64,000 nucleotides of DNA from Octopus sinensis (taxonomy: Eukaryota). The position numbers and the translations under genes are program-made. Where the stretch lies: positions 22,630,001 through 22,694,000 of the forward strand of contig NC_043007.1 in the NCBI RefSeq assembly GCF_006345805.1. Direction: 5' to 3'. This document shows positions 10,920 through 24,095 of this stretch, piece after piece. Below the pieces are notes generated by a model. It worked only from the letters and a program-made list of their open reading frames with translations, was not told the origin of the DNA and made no database searches. Within the stretch, counting starts at the first letter, position 1. Every line of letters begins with the position of its first letter.

Positions 10920-13170
10920 CTAGAAGAATCCAAACAACAAATTCATGAATGTCTAAAACAACTTGATTAGTTATAGCCGAATATTCTGCTAAGATATTAG
11001 TGTAACTACTATTAGACATTATAAGCACCAATTTTAGACAGAAGACCGCAACAATATCATCTTTTGATGTTCCCTTTTCTGTGCTTGCAGGAGTCAAACA
11101 GAATTTGTTGAAGGGGTTTTCTACAGCTGGATGCTCTTCCTGTTGCCAACTCTCATCTCTTTCTAAGCAAGGTGATATTTTTCCATGGCCAGACATGCTT
11201 TTTCACGGAAGAGTGGAAGGGAACCACCTTGGTTGTACGAGGACGCTGCCCATTTATAAACACCATGTGAATTCTGGCTAAGAGTAAACACACACACACA
11301 CACACGCATAGACATATATACATTCTTATATATATACACATACATACACATACATACATACAGACATACATACATATGCACACATATCTACATACATGCA
11401 CACACACAATCTACATACATACATACATACACACAGATCCATTTGTCCAAGATGCCATGTAATGGGACTGAACCCAAAACCATATGGTTGGAAGCAAGCT
11501 TCTTAACCCCACAGCCACACCATAGCTAAAACCATAAAAGCTCAGTTTGTTTATATTCTGTCATTCGGCCAGTTTCTTTTTCCTCTCTCAAATTTGGTGC
11601 ATATGTCTACCTTGGAAAGTTTCCTTACCTATACAATAAGTTACATTTAAATACTAATTGATGACTAAAAAAACAAACAAAAACCCATTTAATTCAAGTT
11701 TAGGTTTATTTCACACCCTAAGATTGTATTGGGAAGATTTAATATTTTTGGCATAGATAAGTTGTAATTCTAATACAAGTTATTACCCAAAAGTCACTAG
11801 CAATATACACACTATGTTGCCCCTAAACCTCAGTCTAAAAAAAAAACCCAAAATATTTATAGGCACTGACCTTCTTTAATTTAAGAATCAAAATTTTATA
11901 TATATAGGTTTGGCGATGCAAACAGAAAAAATGGAACTCAAAACACACACGTATATATTATATATATATACATATATATATCATCATCATCATCATCATC
12001 ATTTAACGTCCGCTTTCCATGCTAGCATGGGTTGGACGGTTCAACTGGGGTCTGGGGAGCCCGAAAGCTGCACCAGTCCAGTCAGATCTGGCAGTGTTTC
12101 TACAGCTGGATGCCCTTCCTAACGCCAACCACTCCGAGAGTGTAGTGGGTGATTTTATGTGCCACCGACACAGGTGCCAGACGAGGCTGGCAAACGGCCA
12201 CGCTCGGATGGTGTTTTTTATATATATATATATAGGTGCAGGAGTGGCTGTGTGGTAAGCATAGGTGCAGGAGTGGTTGTTTGGTAAGTAGCTTGTTTTC
12301 CAACCACATGGTTCCAGGTTCAATCACACTGCATGGCACCTTGGGCAAGTGTCTTCTACTATAGGGCCAACCAAAGCCTTGTGAGTGGATTTAGTAGACA
12401 AAAGGCAGATTTTATCTGCCTCCCTTTGTAAGTTATAGAAATCTACAATATAGGATTTCTTCAATTACAATTTACCTAGCATTTTTAAGAGTAGAATGCA
12501 TCGGGTCATGCCAGGTCCAGTTTTTAAAATTTAAACTCCAATTAAGCAAAATTTACAGAAAACTCACATTCTGGTGTGTATGTCAAATGCTTTTCTTAGT
12601 CTGGTTTACAGTACACGCAAACGCACACACACAGTGTGCAACAAATAAAGTGAAACTAGATGTAATATTTGTTTCTGTCTATCACGCTGATAGATACATG
12701 AGTAAAATGTATGGGAAGCTAACAGATAAGAGTGAGTGAAAATATTCTTGGAAGAGAATAAATTAGCGACAGAGTGATTTGAGGAAGACTAAACTGAAAG
12801 TATGAAACAGTGTTTATGTATAAACAGACGACACTTATATAAACCCTTTCGTTACCAAACCGCCCGAATTTACCTATTCATATTTAAATGAGAATATCAG
12901 AGTAAATCTCTTTAGTACATTCGTGAAAACACGTATTATACTTCGTAAACACTTCAAATACAGTTTGGTACAAAAATCGAAGTGTAATTTTAATTCCGTG
13001 AATTATGGGAGATTTTTTTCCGAAATTTGTTCCTATTGTGTTTTCAAAATTTGTAATTCTGACAAAAAATGGATATGAATTTCATTATATCAAGCAGCGA
13101 GTCAGAATTCGAAGGATTTTCTACTGAAGACCTTCATAAATCTAACTCTATGACTGAAAAAAAAAAAGCA

Positions 13171-13555
13171 TCTTTATATAAGAGTGAAGTTGTGTGTCTG
13201 TCCCCTTCGATTTAGATTCGTAACTACTCCCACATTTTGCGGTGCAGTTTAACCAAAAGCGGGTATCTTATAGTCGTGATTCATATCGAGCCCTTCTGGG
13301 TATTAGCATGAGTCTACGATTTTAAAAAAATTTACCATCATATTTTTCCATTTTAATGCATTTTTTTCGCTTTTATATAAGGGAAGTAACTCTCTAAAAA
13401 TATCTACGATGTGTCAACGATTTAAAAAAAAAATTTACCTTAATTTTTTTTCAATTTTTAATGCATTTTTTTGCTATTTTTTGGCTATAACTCTCTAAAA
13501 ATGCTTATATAGTTATTTCCCTTACAACCCGAGCAACGCCGGGCGATACTGCTAG
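13171..13555 (+). mobile_element. Non-autonomous Helitron
   Basis: A|TC 5' end, subterminal hairpin CCCG-agcaacgc-CGGG, CTAG|T 3' end. Related element at 31792-32186 (-). Confidence 0.75.
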
Positions 13556-13919
13556 TATATATATAAATGGCAAAATGTCTGTCTGTGTGTGTGTGTATCC
13601 TTTATACAAATCCACAATTTTTCATTTAGAGAGCTTGCACTTTCTATGGTCGTTCAAAACCGTCCAAGGGTGGTCGTGCACATCTTTACATTTCCTCAGT
13701 CATCCCGCAAAATTAAAAAATCAATAGAAGTGACTTTTTTGTGAATTTTCCATCCAAAACCCAATCAAAATGCCCGAAACTTGATACGCCAATTGAATGC
13801 CAACTAGCTGTATGTGATTGGTCGGAGATTTGGACAGTACTTGCGCGTGTGTGTGCACACATGCAGCTGTATATGCATGCACTAGCACTATGACCCGGCA
13901 TTGCCGGGTCATAGTGCTA

Positions 13920-13920
<1 letters not shown>
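13556..13920 (+). mobile_element. Second non-autonomous Helitron, head-to-tail with the first
   Basis: Ends CTAG|T within a 41-bp perfect palindrome (13881-13921). Confidence 0.65.
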
Positions 13921-13964
<44 letters not shown>

Positions 13965-14288
13965 TGTATGTATGTGTGTGTTTGTGTGTCTGTGTTTGTC
14001 CCCCCAACATTGCTTGACAACTGATGCTGGTGTGTTTATGTCCCTGTAACTTAGCAGTTCGGCAAAAGAGACTGATAGAATAAGTACTAGGCTTGTCGAT
14101 TTGCTTGACTAAAGGTGATGCTCCATCATGGCCACAGTCACATGACTGAAACAAGTAAAAGAGTATATATATATATATATATTATATATATATATATATT
14201 ATATATATATATATAGGCTTGGCGATGCAAACAGAAAAAAACGGAACTCAAAACATAAGTGTATATATATATTTTTTATTAATATTTG

Positions 14289-14396
14289 GCAGAAGTAACA
14301 CAATGACTCAAGGCCCAAGTGTTTTATATGTTAGCGCTGTGATAAGTGCTAACACTCAAAACTCTTGACCTTTGAGTCACACTGTTACTTCTGCTG
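14289..14396. repeat. Small palindromic MITE-like element
   Basis: gcagaagtaaca..tgactcaagg pairs with cctttgagtca..tgttacttctgc. Confidence 0.5.
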
Positions 14397-14678
14397 AATA
14401 GCAATAACATACACACACACTCGCAAATTTCTCAGAGTTCGATTTAAATCTTACTTTATATATACACTCAGAACCATGCTAATATTTTAGGAGTGAAATT
14501 TAGGATTTTTTGGTTCTCTGTGAATCAATTTTGGTAAAACGTTTCCCAGCTGGTTTTACACATTATGGCAGCACCATTGCTGTTCTCATTATTCTGTGTA
14601 ACGTCCTTTCTTTTTTTATTTCAGATTCTTCAGTTTTTGGGTGAAACATGCTAATAGCATCTCTCCTCTCTAAGAACA

Positions 14679-14815
14679 ATGGGACATGGAAAAGGCCTTA
14701 ACGATGAAGAAAAGTCTGACATCATCAAAGAAAGTGCTAAAGGCACCTATCTACATGTCATTGTGGAGGAGTTAAGTTGTCAAGTGGACACGGTTAGACG
14801 ATTCCTGAAGGACCC
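14679..14815 (+). pseudogene. Tc1-like transposase N-terminal (HTH) fragment
   Basis: MGHGKGLNDEEKSDII...VDTVRRFLKDP resembles Tc1-family N-termini; truncated by (CA)n. Confidence 0.55.
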
Positions 14816-16388
14816 TACACACACACACACACACACAGATACATGCATGGCTATGTGGTAAGAAGCTTGCTTCCAAACTGCATGATTCCAAGTTCAGTCC
14901 CTGTTCGAGTTTTGATCAAGTGTCTCTTACTATAGCCTCAGGCTGACCAAAATTCCTGTGAGTGGATTTGGTAGACTGGAGCTGAAATAAGCCCGTTGTA
15001 TAAATATATATGTGTGTGTGTGTGTGTGCGTGTCTTTGTTCACCCTCCCCTCAATACTTGACAACCAGTGTTGGTGCATTTACATCCCTGTATCTCAGCG
15101 GTTCAGGAAAAAGAGTCTAATAGGATAAGTACTAAAATCTAAAAACCTAATGTGAACTAAAATCTAAAAATATCAATAGTGATTATTTTGTTAAATAATT
15201 TGGTAATTAAATATTGGAGTATAACTGGGTTAAAGATATTCTATAGTTTATTAATGTTTTTTAAGCTAAATTATATCTTCACAGATAAATACATATTTTT
15301 ATCTTATTTACTCTACCTTTTTTTAATCTTAAATTTTAAATATTTAACATAATAAATGTGTTGTAGGAAACTAATCCTAATGTTTTAAGGTTCAAATTTA
15401 GTTAATGGAGTTTCTTCTATAAGAAAAATTATTATTTTATTTATTTTTTGAATAAATATTGTTTAACTCTATTTGCTTATTTATTTAACTATTATTGTTA
15501 ACCTGAAGATTGACAATAATTTTAAATTGAAATCATTTCAATTAAATTAAAGTTAATTGTAATTCGAATTTAATTGTAGCCATGAAACGTACGTAGTTTT
15601 TTTTTACTTATATATTGATTATTCATTTTTATACTGTTGGAGATCTAGTTATATGTTTTATAAAAATATATTTTATTTGTTATTTATGTTTTGGTTTATG
15701 TCTATCATTGTTTGAGTTGTATAATAGTGGTTTTATCTCTAATTTATATTATATACACACACACACACACATCTATTATAAGATCTGAATCCAGCTCTGA
15801 GAAATTTCTTTTTATTACCAAACCTAATTCACATAGTATTATCACAAACAAGGTTTTACTAACTGCTGTTTTCCCACCTGGCATGGGTTGAATAAGTCTG
15901 CAATATAGTACATCTCCCATTATTTTCACATCAAGCTATTTCCATTTCTGAAGTCTTCCCAATATTCTTGGATTTGACCTGACTATTTCTGAAGTAAAAG
16001 TTATGAGAGGTAGTGGCATTCAAGCCTTTACCAAAGGCAGGGATAACATGTGCTCTGAATGTATCAGCTGGAAATGGAAACAAGGTTACAGATTGTTTCT
16101 CCACCTTTATACACACTTTTGACAAGTTGTGGTGCACCTGAGCACTGTATACAATAATTTCATTATTATTATCATTATTATTATATTTATTAAGTGCTTG
16201 ATTATTTTCAAAATTAATTTAAATACATAATCCAAGGAATTCATTAGAAATACGAGAACAAAAGTGTAAAACAGTAAATATCAGATTAAACATTGCAGAA
16301 ACACAAACTGTCATACTCACCCCCAATTATTCCAATAAAAATTTCCTAAAATTCAGGATTTCAAAAGAGATTAAGAAAGGGTACTTAC

Positions 16389-16465
16389 TTGGATATAGTT
16401 AGCATTGATGTAATCCGAGCCAGGTACATTTGGGACGGATTTTAACTTCACCCGGGTGGCGTCAT
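16389..16465 (-). CDS. PTPN12-like: PTP exon (77 nt, phase 1 to 0): YDATRVKLKSVPNVPGSDYINANYIQ
   Basis: Acceptor tttttgcctctag|AT, donor CAA|gtaagt; DYINAN motif; not in the ORF track. Confidence 0.93.
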
Positions 16466-16647
16466 CTAGAGGCAAAAATGATAAAAAGGAACTGGTTGTA
16501 TACAAACTTAGAAACACAGATGTCTTAGCTGAGAAGAAATGGTGCTCATCTCTGATTTCTTGATGTTATGGGAATAAGAAATAATAACAAACTTGAATAG
16601 GATGCTATTTTAAGTTACCTGAGTTAAGCTGATATCTTTTTGTAAGA

Positions 16648-17030
16648 ACTGTGCATACTCGCGGATAGGTCGCACTTTTTCTTTTACTAAAAATTTCAAT
16701 AAAAATCAGGGGTGTGACCTATTTGCTTGAAATTTAAGGGGTCTGAAGTAGACGTTTTTGTGGTCAAGTTGATTCATTTTATTTACTATTTTACTTGTTT
16801 CAGTCATTTGACAGTGGCCATGCTGGAGCACCGCCTTTTTTAGTAGAGCAAATCGACCCCAGGACTTATTCTTTGTAAGCTTAGTACTTATTCTATCGGG
16901 TCTTTTTTGCCGAACCGCTAAGTTACAGCGTCGTAAACACACCAGCATCAGTTGTCAAGCGATGCCGGGGTGGGGTGGGGGACAAACACAGACATATACT
17001 CGCATACATATATGTGTGTGTATATATATA

Positions 17031-17064
<34 letters not shown>

Positions 17065-17478
17065 CGACGGGCTTCTTTCAGTTTCTGTCTACCAAATCCA
17101 CTCACAAGGCTTTGGTTGGTTTAAGGCTATATATAGTAGAAGACACTTACCCAAGGTGCCACGCAGTAGGACTGAACCCGGGACCATGTGGTTGGTAAGC
17201 AAGCTACTTACCACACAGCCACTCCTACGCCTATTGATTTTTTTTTTTTTGTCAAGTTGATTTCATAAAGTCACTTCCACAAAAATGTTTCAATATTTCT
17301 AAGCAAAGTTTTGAAATAAAAGTGAATATTTGATAGCCTTTAACAAATAGTTGTATTTACATTAAAAAAGGCTGTGTAACTCTCCAGATTAAAGTGTGAC
17401 CTATCTGCAAGTCAACTGCAAATACGTACTTTGACAACCTCAAACTAAGGGTGTGACCTATCTGTAAGTATATACAGT
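16648..17478. mobile_element. pogo/Tigger-like MITE interrupted by a family A SINE (16782-17233, -)
   Basis: Degenerate TIRs actgtgcatactcgcggataggtcgc / gtgacctatctgtaagtatatacagt; internal gtgtgacctat repeats. Confidence 0.55.
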
Positions 17479-17634
17479 AGGTAAACTTAGGTGTAGGTTG
17501 ATTTTATGCTTACAAGACAAAGTGGTGAAGGCTGATCTCAGGACTTTGAACCTCATGGAGATGATGACAAAGGACTCAGATGACTAGGGATATTCAACCA
17601 CAAGCCATCTTGAATGATGTTCTAATGTTTCTAC

Positions 17635-18121
17635 ATGACATGCATAAGATCTGGTCATCAAATCTAAGTAGAGATTTCAAATTTGAAATCTTCAAAGCCA
17701 CAGTCGAACCAATTCTACTATATGGCTCAGAAACCTGGACGTTATCAAAGAAGCTTGAGAGGCGGTTGGATGGAACCTACACTCGCCTCCTTACAAGAGC
17801 TCAAAATCTCTCGTGGAAGCGTCATCCAACCAAAATGCAAATATATGGGAAACTACCACCTGTGTCATCTCCTGTGAAAGGTAGGAGAGTCCAGTTTGCT
17901 GGACATTGTTGTAGAGCTGAAAAAGAGGTAATTTCTACTCTCCTCCTCTGGAAGCCATCTACTCGCAATGCCAGAGGGCGCACACTCTTCTACCCTGATG
18001 TAATCTCCAGGGATACAGGCATCCAGCAACAGGACCTCCGTAATGCCATGGTGGACCGTGAAGTCTGGCGTAGCATGGTAAATTCCACTGTCTCGACCAC
18101 GGTCGAACAATGATGATGATG
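17635..18121 (+). mobile_element. 5'-truncated RTE-clade LINE (C-terminus of ORF2)
   Basis: VEPILLYGSETWTL...RRVQFAGHC...DREVWR; (TGA)n tail; 11-bp TSD aatgtttctac at 17624-17634 and 18122-18132. Confidence 0.9.
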
Positions 18122-19197
18122 AATGTTTCTACTAATCAACTACCTTGGACTATTATGCTCCTAAAGGATGAAAAGCAAAGCTGACCATGGCAAGGTTTGA
18201 ACTTATAGAGCAGGAAGCTGGGAAAATAAAGCAAGTTATTTCGTCTTAAGTTCTGATGACATTTCCAATTTGCCTCCATAGGCATAATGGATGAAGGACC
18301 AGCTGTATTGGAATAATGTTTAAAATGGATTGGGCATTGCTGTTTGGACACTTACAATTTGGCATGGCTGGCTGGACCATTCAACCTGCTTTAGTGAAGG
18401 TACTTTTTAGTACTAGAGGCAAATGCACACATACACAGAAATATACACATACATCATCATCATCATCATCATCGTCGTTTAACATCCACTTTCCATGCTG
18501 GCATGAGTTGGATGGTTTGACTGAGGTCTGGAGAACCAGATGGCTGCACCAGGCTCCAATCTTGATCAGGCAGAGTTTCTACAGCTGGATGCCTTTCCTA
18601 ATGCCAACCACTCCGAGAGTGTAGAGGGTGCTTTTACGTGCCACCGGGACGAGGGCCAGTCCCACAGTACTGGCAACAATATATGTTTGTTGCTCTGGCA
18701 ACGATCATGCTCGTATGGTACTCTTAGTGCTCCACTAGCACGGATGCCAGTCATCAGAGAGAAAATTTATCAACAAGAGCACTCAGAGAGCACAAACCTC
18801 CACCAAGGCAAGACCAATGTCCTCTCAATGATTAGCCATTAGCCAGAGATGAATTTTAAAATGGGAATATCTGAAATAAACTCGACTGCTCTCACAAATG
18901 AGAATAGTAAAAATGAACCTGACCACTCTCAAAAATTAAGTGAAAAAAACCCCAGAAAAATCCAGAGTCCTTTTCCGGTCCCAAATCGATCCCAAAATCT
19001 AATCAGTTTGTGCCAGTCACAAGGACAAACATCCCTGAAAGTTTCATCTGAATGTGCTTTTTAGTACTAGAGACAAACACACACATATGTAGAAATATAC
19101 ACATACAGAGAGAGAAAGTCATTAAAATTTATTAATTAAGGATGATTGACAAACACACTCCCCCGTCCTCATATGCATAATGAGGAATATACTCAGA

Positions 19198-19548
19198 CAT
19201 AGGTGTAGGAGTGGCTGTGTGGTAAGTGGCTTGCTTGCCAACCACATGGTTCCGTGTTCAGTCCCACTGCGTGGCACCTTGGGCAAGTGTCTTCTACTAT
19301 AGCCTCGGGCCGACCAAAGCCTTGTGAGTGGATTTGGTAGACGGAAACTGAATGAAGCTCGTCGTATATGTGTGTGCATGTGCGTATATGTTTGTCCCCC
19401 CCCAACATCGCTTGACAACCGATGCTGGTGTGTTTACGTCCCCCGTAACTTAGCAGTTCGGCAAAAGAGACCGATAGAATAAGTACTGGGCTTACAAAGA
19501 ATAAGTCCTGGGGTCGATTTGCTCGACTGAAACAAGTAAAAGAGAAAA
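19198..19548 (+). mobile_element. SINE family A, near full length
   Basis: Head, core and tail all present. Confidence 0.8.
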
Positions 19549-19686
19549 GAGAGTATCTCTCTTTTTCTCTCACAATGCACTCTCTCTCTATCACATGCTT
19601 TTTCTCTCACACACCCTTCCTTTCTCTCTCTCTCACCCAAGATAGTTTCATGACTATTACTGCTGCGGTGATGGTAATACCCTCAC

Positions 19687-20087
19687 GGCAGCGAGCTGGC
19701 AGAATTGTTAGCATGCCGGGTGAAATGCTGAGCAATATTTCATCTGTCTTTATGTTCTGAGTTCAAATTCCGCCGAGGTTGACTTTACCTTTCATCTTTT
19801 CGGGGTCGTTAAACTAAGTACCAGTTACGCACTGGGGTCAATATAATCGACTTAATCCGTTTGTCCCCTCTAAGTTTAGCCCCTTGTGGGCAGTAAAGAA
19901 ATAGGTATTTCGTCTGCCGTTACGTTCTGAGTTCGAATTTCGCCGAGGTCGACTTTGCCTTTCATCCTTTCGGGGTCGATAAATTAAGTACCAGTTACGC
20001 ACTGGGGTCGATATAATCGACTTAATCCGTTTGTCTGTCCTTGTTTGTCCCTTCTGTGTTTAGCCCCTTGTGGGCAATAAAGAAATA
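19687..20087 (+). mobile_element. SINE family B dimer
   Basis: Recurring junction at 19904/19905; 14-bp TSD ggtaataccctcac at 19673-19686 and 20088-20101. Confidence 0.88.
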
Positions 20088-20745
20088 GGTAATACCCTCA
20101 CACTTGCTCTGCAGTGACACCACCACCACCACCACCATCATCAACTACAATGGCAACAGTGGTGCTGCCTTCCCACTGATGACAACTGCACCATTACCAC
20201 CTACTACTACTACTACTACTACCTCTACTACAATGACAACAATAGTGCTACCATGCCACTGGTGACAACTGCACTACCACCACCACCACCACATGGACGA
20301 CAGCTTTCTAAACAGCACAGTGGTAGCAATAAGAAGAACAAAAACTTTTATAAGCAGTGGTCTGGTGATGGATGTAAATTCAGTTAATTAGTCTAGTGAC
20401 ATTTTAGGGGAAAAAACTGGGGAATAAACAGGAGAACTAGGTGGGAGGGTGGGGTTAGTGTGGGGGGACAGGGTTGGGAGGGGGCGAAGATAGGTGGGTG
20501 GGTGAATGAGTGGGGAGGTGGTGGTGGGAGAGGTGACCAGTGCACTGGTAGTGGGAGGAGGAGGAGAGACAGTAAGAGAGTTGTAGGAAAACAAGTGAGA
20601 AAACAGTAATTTCAAAGAAGTGTGAAATGTGTGTGTGTGTGTGTGTGCATACATGTTTATACTAATATAACACACACACACACACACACCAATACCAATG
20701 TGCACAGACACCAACATATCAATATTATCTCACACGTATATCATC

Positions 20746-21058
20746 ATAGGCGTAGCAGTGGCTGTGTGGTAAGTAGCTTGCGTACCAACCACATGGTTCC
20801 AGGTTCAGTCCCACTACGTGGAACCTTGGGCAAGCGTCTTCTACGATAGCCTTGGGCCGACCAAAGCCTTGTGAGTGAATTTGGTAGACGGAAACTGAAA
20901 GAAGCCCGTCGAATATATGTATATATGTGTATGTGTATGTATGTGTATGTATGTGTCTGTGTTTGTCCCTCCAACATTGCTTGACAACCGATGCTGGTGT
21001 GTTTACGTCCCCGTAACTTAGCGGTTCAGTAAAAGAGACTGATAGAATAAGTACTGAA
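20746..21058 (+). mobile_element. SINE family A
   Basis: Homology to other A copies. Confidence 0.8.
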
Positions 21059-21442
21059 CTTGAAACCACTGAGTTGTAAAGTGAACTTTTTAATTACACA
21101 TTGATGCCTGTGCCTGTTAATTATTTGTAAATTATCAATTTAATGAAATAATTGATTATGTTTAAACTAGTTTGATTGCTTCTTATTTAACACTTAATCA
21201 ATTTCTCATGTCAAGTTTCATCAGTGAGAACATAACCACTGTTTATAATTAGCCTTTTAATGATTCTTCGTTTAACGATGGGATATTTGGAAGAAACTAA
21301 ATCGTTAAGTCAAGGTGTTCCTTGTATTGCTTTCTCAAAATTTTATTGAATTTATATCATTAGTTATCTTCCTTGCTTGTTTTATTAAGATTTCAAACAC
21401 CTCTAGAAGGGAGTTTCTATTTACTAATCACATAATCTACTC

Positions 21443-21727
21443 TTTACTCTTTTACTTGTTTCAGTCATTTGACTGTGGTCATGATGGAGCACTGCCTTTA
21501 GTCGACCAAATCGACCCCAGGACTTATTTTTTGTAAGCCTAGTACTTATTCTATCGGGTCTCTTTTGCCGAACTGCTAAGTTACAGGGATGTAAACACAC
21601 CAGCATCGGTTGTCAAGCGATGTTGAGGGGGGGGGACACAGACACACAAACATATACACACACATACATACACACACTCATACACATATACACACACATA
21701 TACACACACACATACACACACACACAT

Positions 21728-21762
<35 letters not shown>

Positions 21763-21924
21763 ACGGGCTTCTTTCAGTTTCCGTCTACCAAATCCACTCA
21801 CAAGGCTTTGGCAGGCCCGAGACTATAGTAGAAGACGCTCGCCTAAGGTGCCACACAGTGGGACTGAACCTGGAACCATGTGGTTGGTAAGCAAGTTACT
21901 TACCACTCAGCCACTCCTATGCCT
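21443..21924 (-). mobile_element. SINE family A, full length
   Basis: Homology to other A copies; internal (CA)/(TA) tract. Confidence 0.8.
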
Positions 21925-22337
21925 ATCGATAATCTCAGTTACAAAGTTTTCTCAATCATGCTACATATGTCAGACCCTGCAGCATTTGTATTGAGTGCTG
22001 GTAGCACGAAAGAAGCACCCGCTAAAGTGATTTGTGCGAGGAAGGGCATTGAACTTTAGAAAATGCGCTGAAGCTGACACTGGGGCTCAAAACAGCCCTG
22101 TCGCTTAACAGATCCTGTGAAACTGCCCAAGCCATGCTAGCATGGAAAACATTAAAAGATGATGGTGTTATGCTGAGTTATTTTTACTCAGCCTTCTTAC
22201 TGAGAGAAAAAGAGAAGAGAGAGAGAGAGAGAGAAAATATGAAAAACTGTAATTGACTGATTGATCACATTCTTGTTTAGAGATTGCATAAAGAGGAACA
22301 ACAAAAGGGGTGGGGGAAGAACAATAGTGCCACTTAC

Positions 22338-22446
22338 ATGGTATGATATCTTTATATCTGTTCTTTTTGATGTTAAAGATCTGTTTGCCTTCTTCAGCCG
22401 GATATGTATCCTCCTCCTTGTCTTTGATTCCTTGTAGACGCAATTC
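22338..22446 (-). CDS. PTPN12-like: PTP exon (109 nt, phase 0 to 1): ELRLQGIKDKEEDTYPAEEGKQIFNIKKNRYKDIIP; pTyr-recognition KNRY loop
   Basis: Acceptor ttctgctgtctttacag|GAATTG, donor ACCAT|gtaagt; overlaps ORF 22168..22443. Confidence 0.93.
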
Positions 22447-23077
22447 CTGTAAAGACAGCAGAAAAATTTAATTAACTTTCAATGACCAAGAGCAGTGACA
22501 ATGCCATGAAAAATAATCTTTTTACAGGTATGCATGTATGTATTATTATTATTATTATCGTTATTACTATTAATAAGGTGATGAGCTGGCAGATTTGTTA
22601 GCATGTCGAAGAATTATGTCCTAGGTAAGACTTTAAACTGCATCTGGTAGGGGGGGCCTTGGTAAAGGAATTTTAGGGTTCTGAGAAGTCTGGAACCACT
22701 TCTTATCCACTATAGTTCCACTATAGTTTGAGGAGAAGGGTCTAGAATTTCTAGATCTAGTTTAAATAAACTGAAGTGACACGCACTCAAAACAAAGATT
22801 TAACGAGAGAAAATACAACACTTAAGACAATACTTGACGTGTACTTAATCAACCCAGAAGGATGAAAGGTGAAGCTGACCTAGGCCAGATTTGAATTCAG
22901 AATGTAAGAAATTGGAATAAATCTGGTATGATAGCTTTCCTGTTCGTCTAATGATTCTGCCAGCTTGCCACCTTAAAAAAACTGTTTCTAATTTAGATAC
23001 ATGTCCAACAATTTTGGAGGGAAAGGGACTAGTTTATACCACTGATTCCAGTACTTGAGCAGTATTTTATTTTATCA

Positions 23078-23468
23078 TAGGTATAGGAGTGGCTGTGTGG
23101 TAAGTAGCTTGCTTACAAACCGCATGGTTCCGGGTTCAGTCCCACTGTGTGGCACCTTGTGCAAGTGTTTTCTACTATAGCCTCGGGCCGACCAAAGCCT
23201 TGTGAGCGGATTTGGTAGACGGAAACTGAAAGAAGCCCGTTGTATACATGTATATGTGTGTATATGTTTTTGTCTGTGTTTCTCCCCACAATATTGCTTG
23301 ATAACCGATGATGGTGTGTTTATATCCCCGTAACTTAGCGGTTCAGCAAAAGAGACCCGATAGCATAAGTACTAGGCTTACAAAGAATAAGTCCTGGGGT
23401 CGATTTACTTGACTGAAGGTGGTGCTCCAGCATGGCCACAGTCAAATGACTGAAACAAGTAAAAGAGT
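23078..23468 (+). mobile_element. SINE family A, full length
   Basis: Homology to other A copies. Confidence 0.8.
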
Positions 23469-24095
23469 ATGCCAAACAAAACATTTAGCACCATTTCTTC
23501 CAAAATTATGTTTTGAGTTCACATTCCACCAAGGTTGACTTTGCCTTTCTACCTTTCAGAGTTGATGAAATAAAGTGTGAGGATTTTACAGAATGAAATA
23601 AAAAAATAAAAAAAAGGGTATGAAAAAATGGAAGAAAAACAATGAAAAACAAAACAAAGCAAAAATGTATTACAATGGTGAGGCAACAGTCTGGGGTTAT
23701 TCAAAGAACTCTACAGATAGTGAATTCCCTTGCTAGCAAAAGTAAGATCTTACTCTCAGGTACTTGCTGAGAGCAGATCTATTTACAAAGGTCACACTTG
23801 ACACTCCCACCACCTTTCAGTAAATTTACTAGAATACAAACACTTCTTTTTCACCTTCAAATGGCACTTGAAAACAAAAAAAAAAAAAATGAAATGGATT
23901 TAGGATTGGCCAAAGAGTAGTCCATCTTCATTCCTTTCAATCCTAGTCACAAATAACTTTTTACATCATAACAACCGGACAAAGGAAAACTGCCTGCCCT
24001 TCTTGACCAATGGAAAAAAAGTGCAGGGTGAAACTCATTAAGAACCTGGCTGATAGCTGAATCCATTCTATGTATGATAATAGCTGTTTGATATA

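Larger units (their letters stand above)
1442..22446 (-). other. PTPN12-like: Span of recognised coding exons of a PEST-family non-receptor protein tyrosine phosphatase gene (5' exon not located; gene continues left of the window)
   Basis: Nine GT-AG exons splice in frame. All catalytic motifs are present in order: KNRY, YINAN, QGP, DFWRM, KCERYWP, WPDHG, HCSAGCGRTG and the QR..MVQT Q-loop. KNRYKDIxP plus HCSAGCGRTG points to PTPN12/18/22; exact orthology is not resolved. Confidence 0.9.

Noticed and set aside
15120-15750. Very AT-rich stretch that resembles a mitochondrial insertion, with a CTGAAGA loop hairpin near 15490-15520
   Set aside because: Manual translation with the invertebrate mitochondrial code gave no recognisable protein, and the hairpin does not fit a tRNA cloverleaf. 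BLASTN against a cephalopod mitogenome would settle it.
20400-20580. G-run cluster with G-quadruplex potential
   Set aside because: Low-complexity G-rich tracts are common in this window and nothing ties this one to a function.
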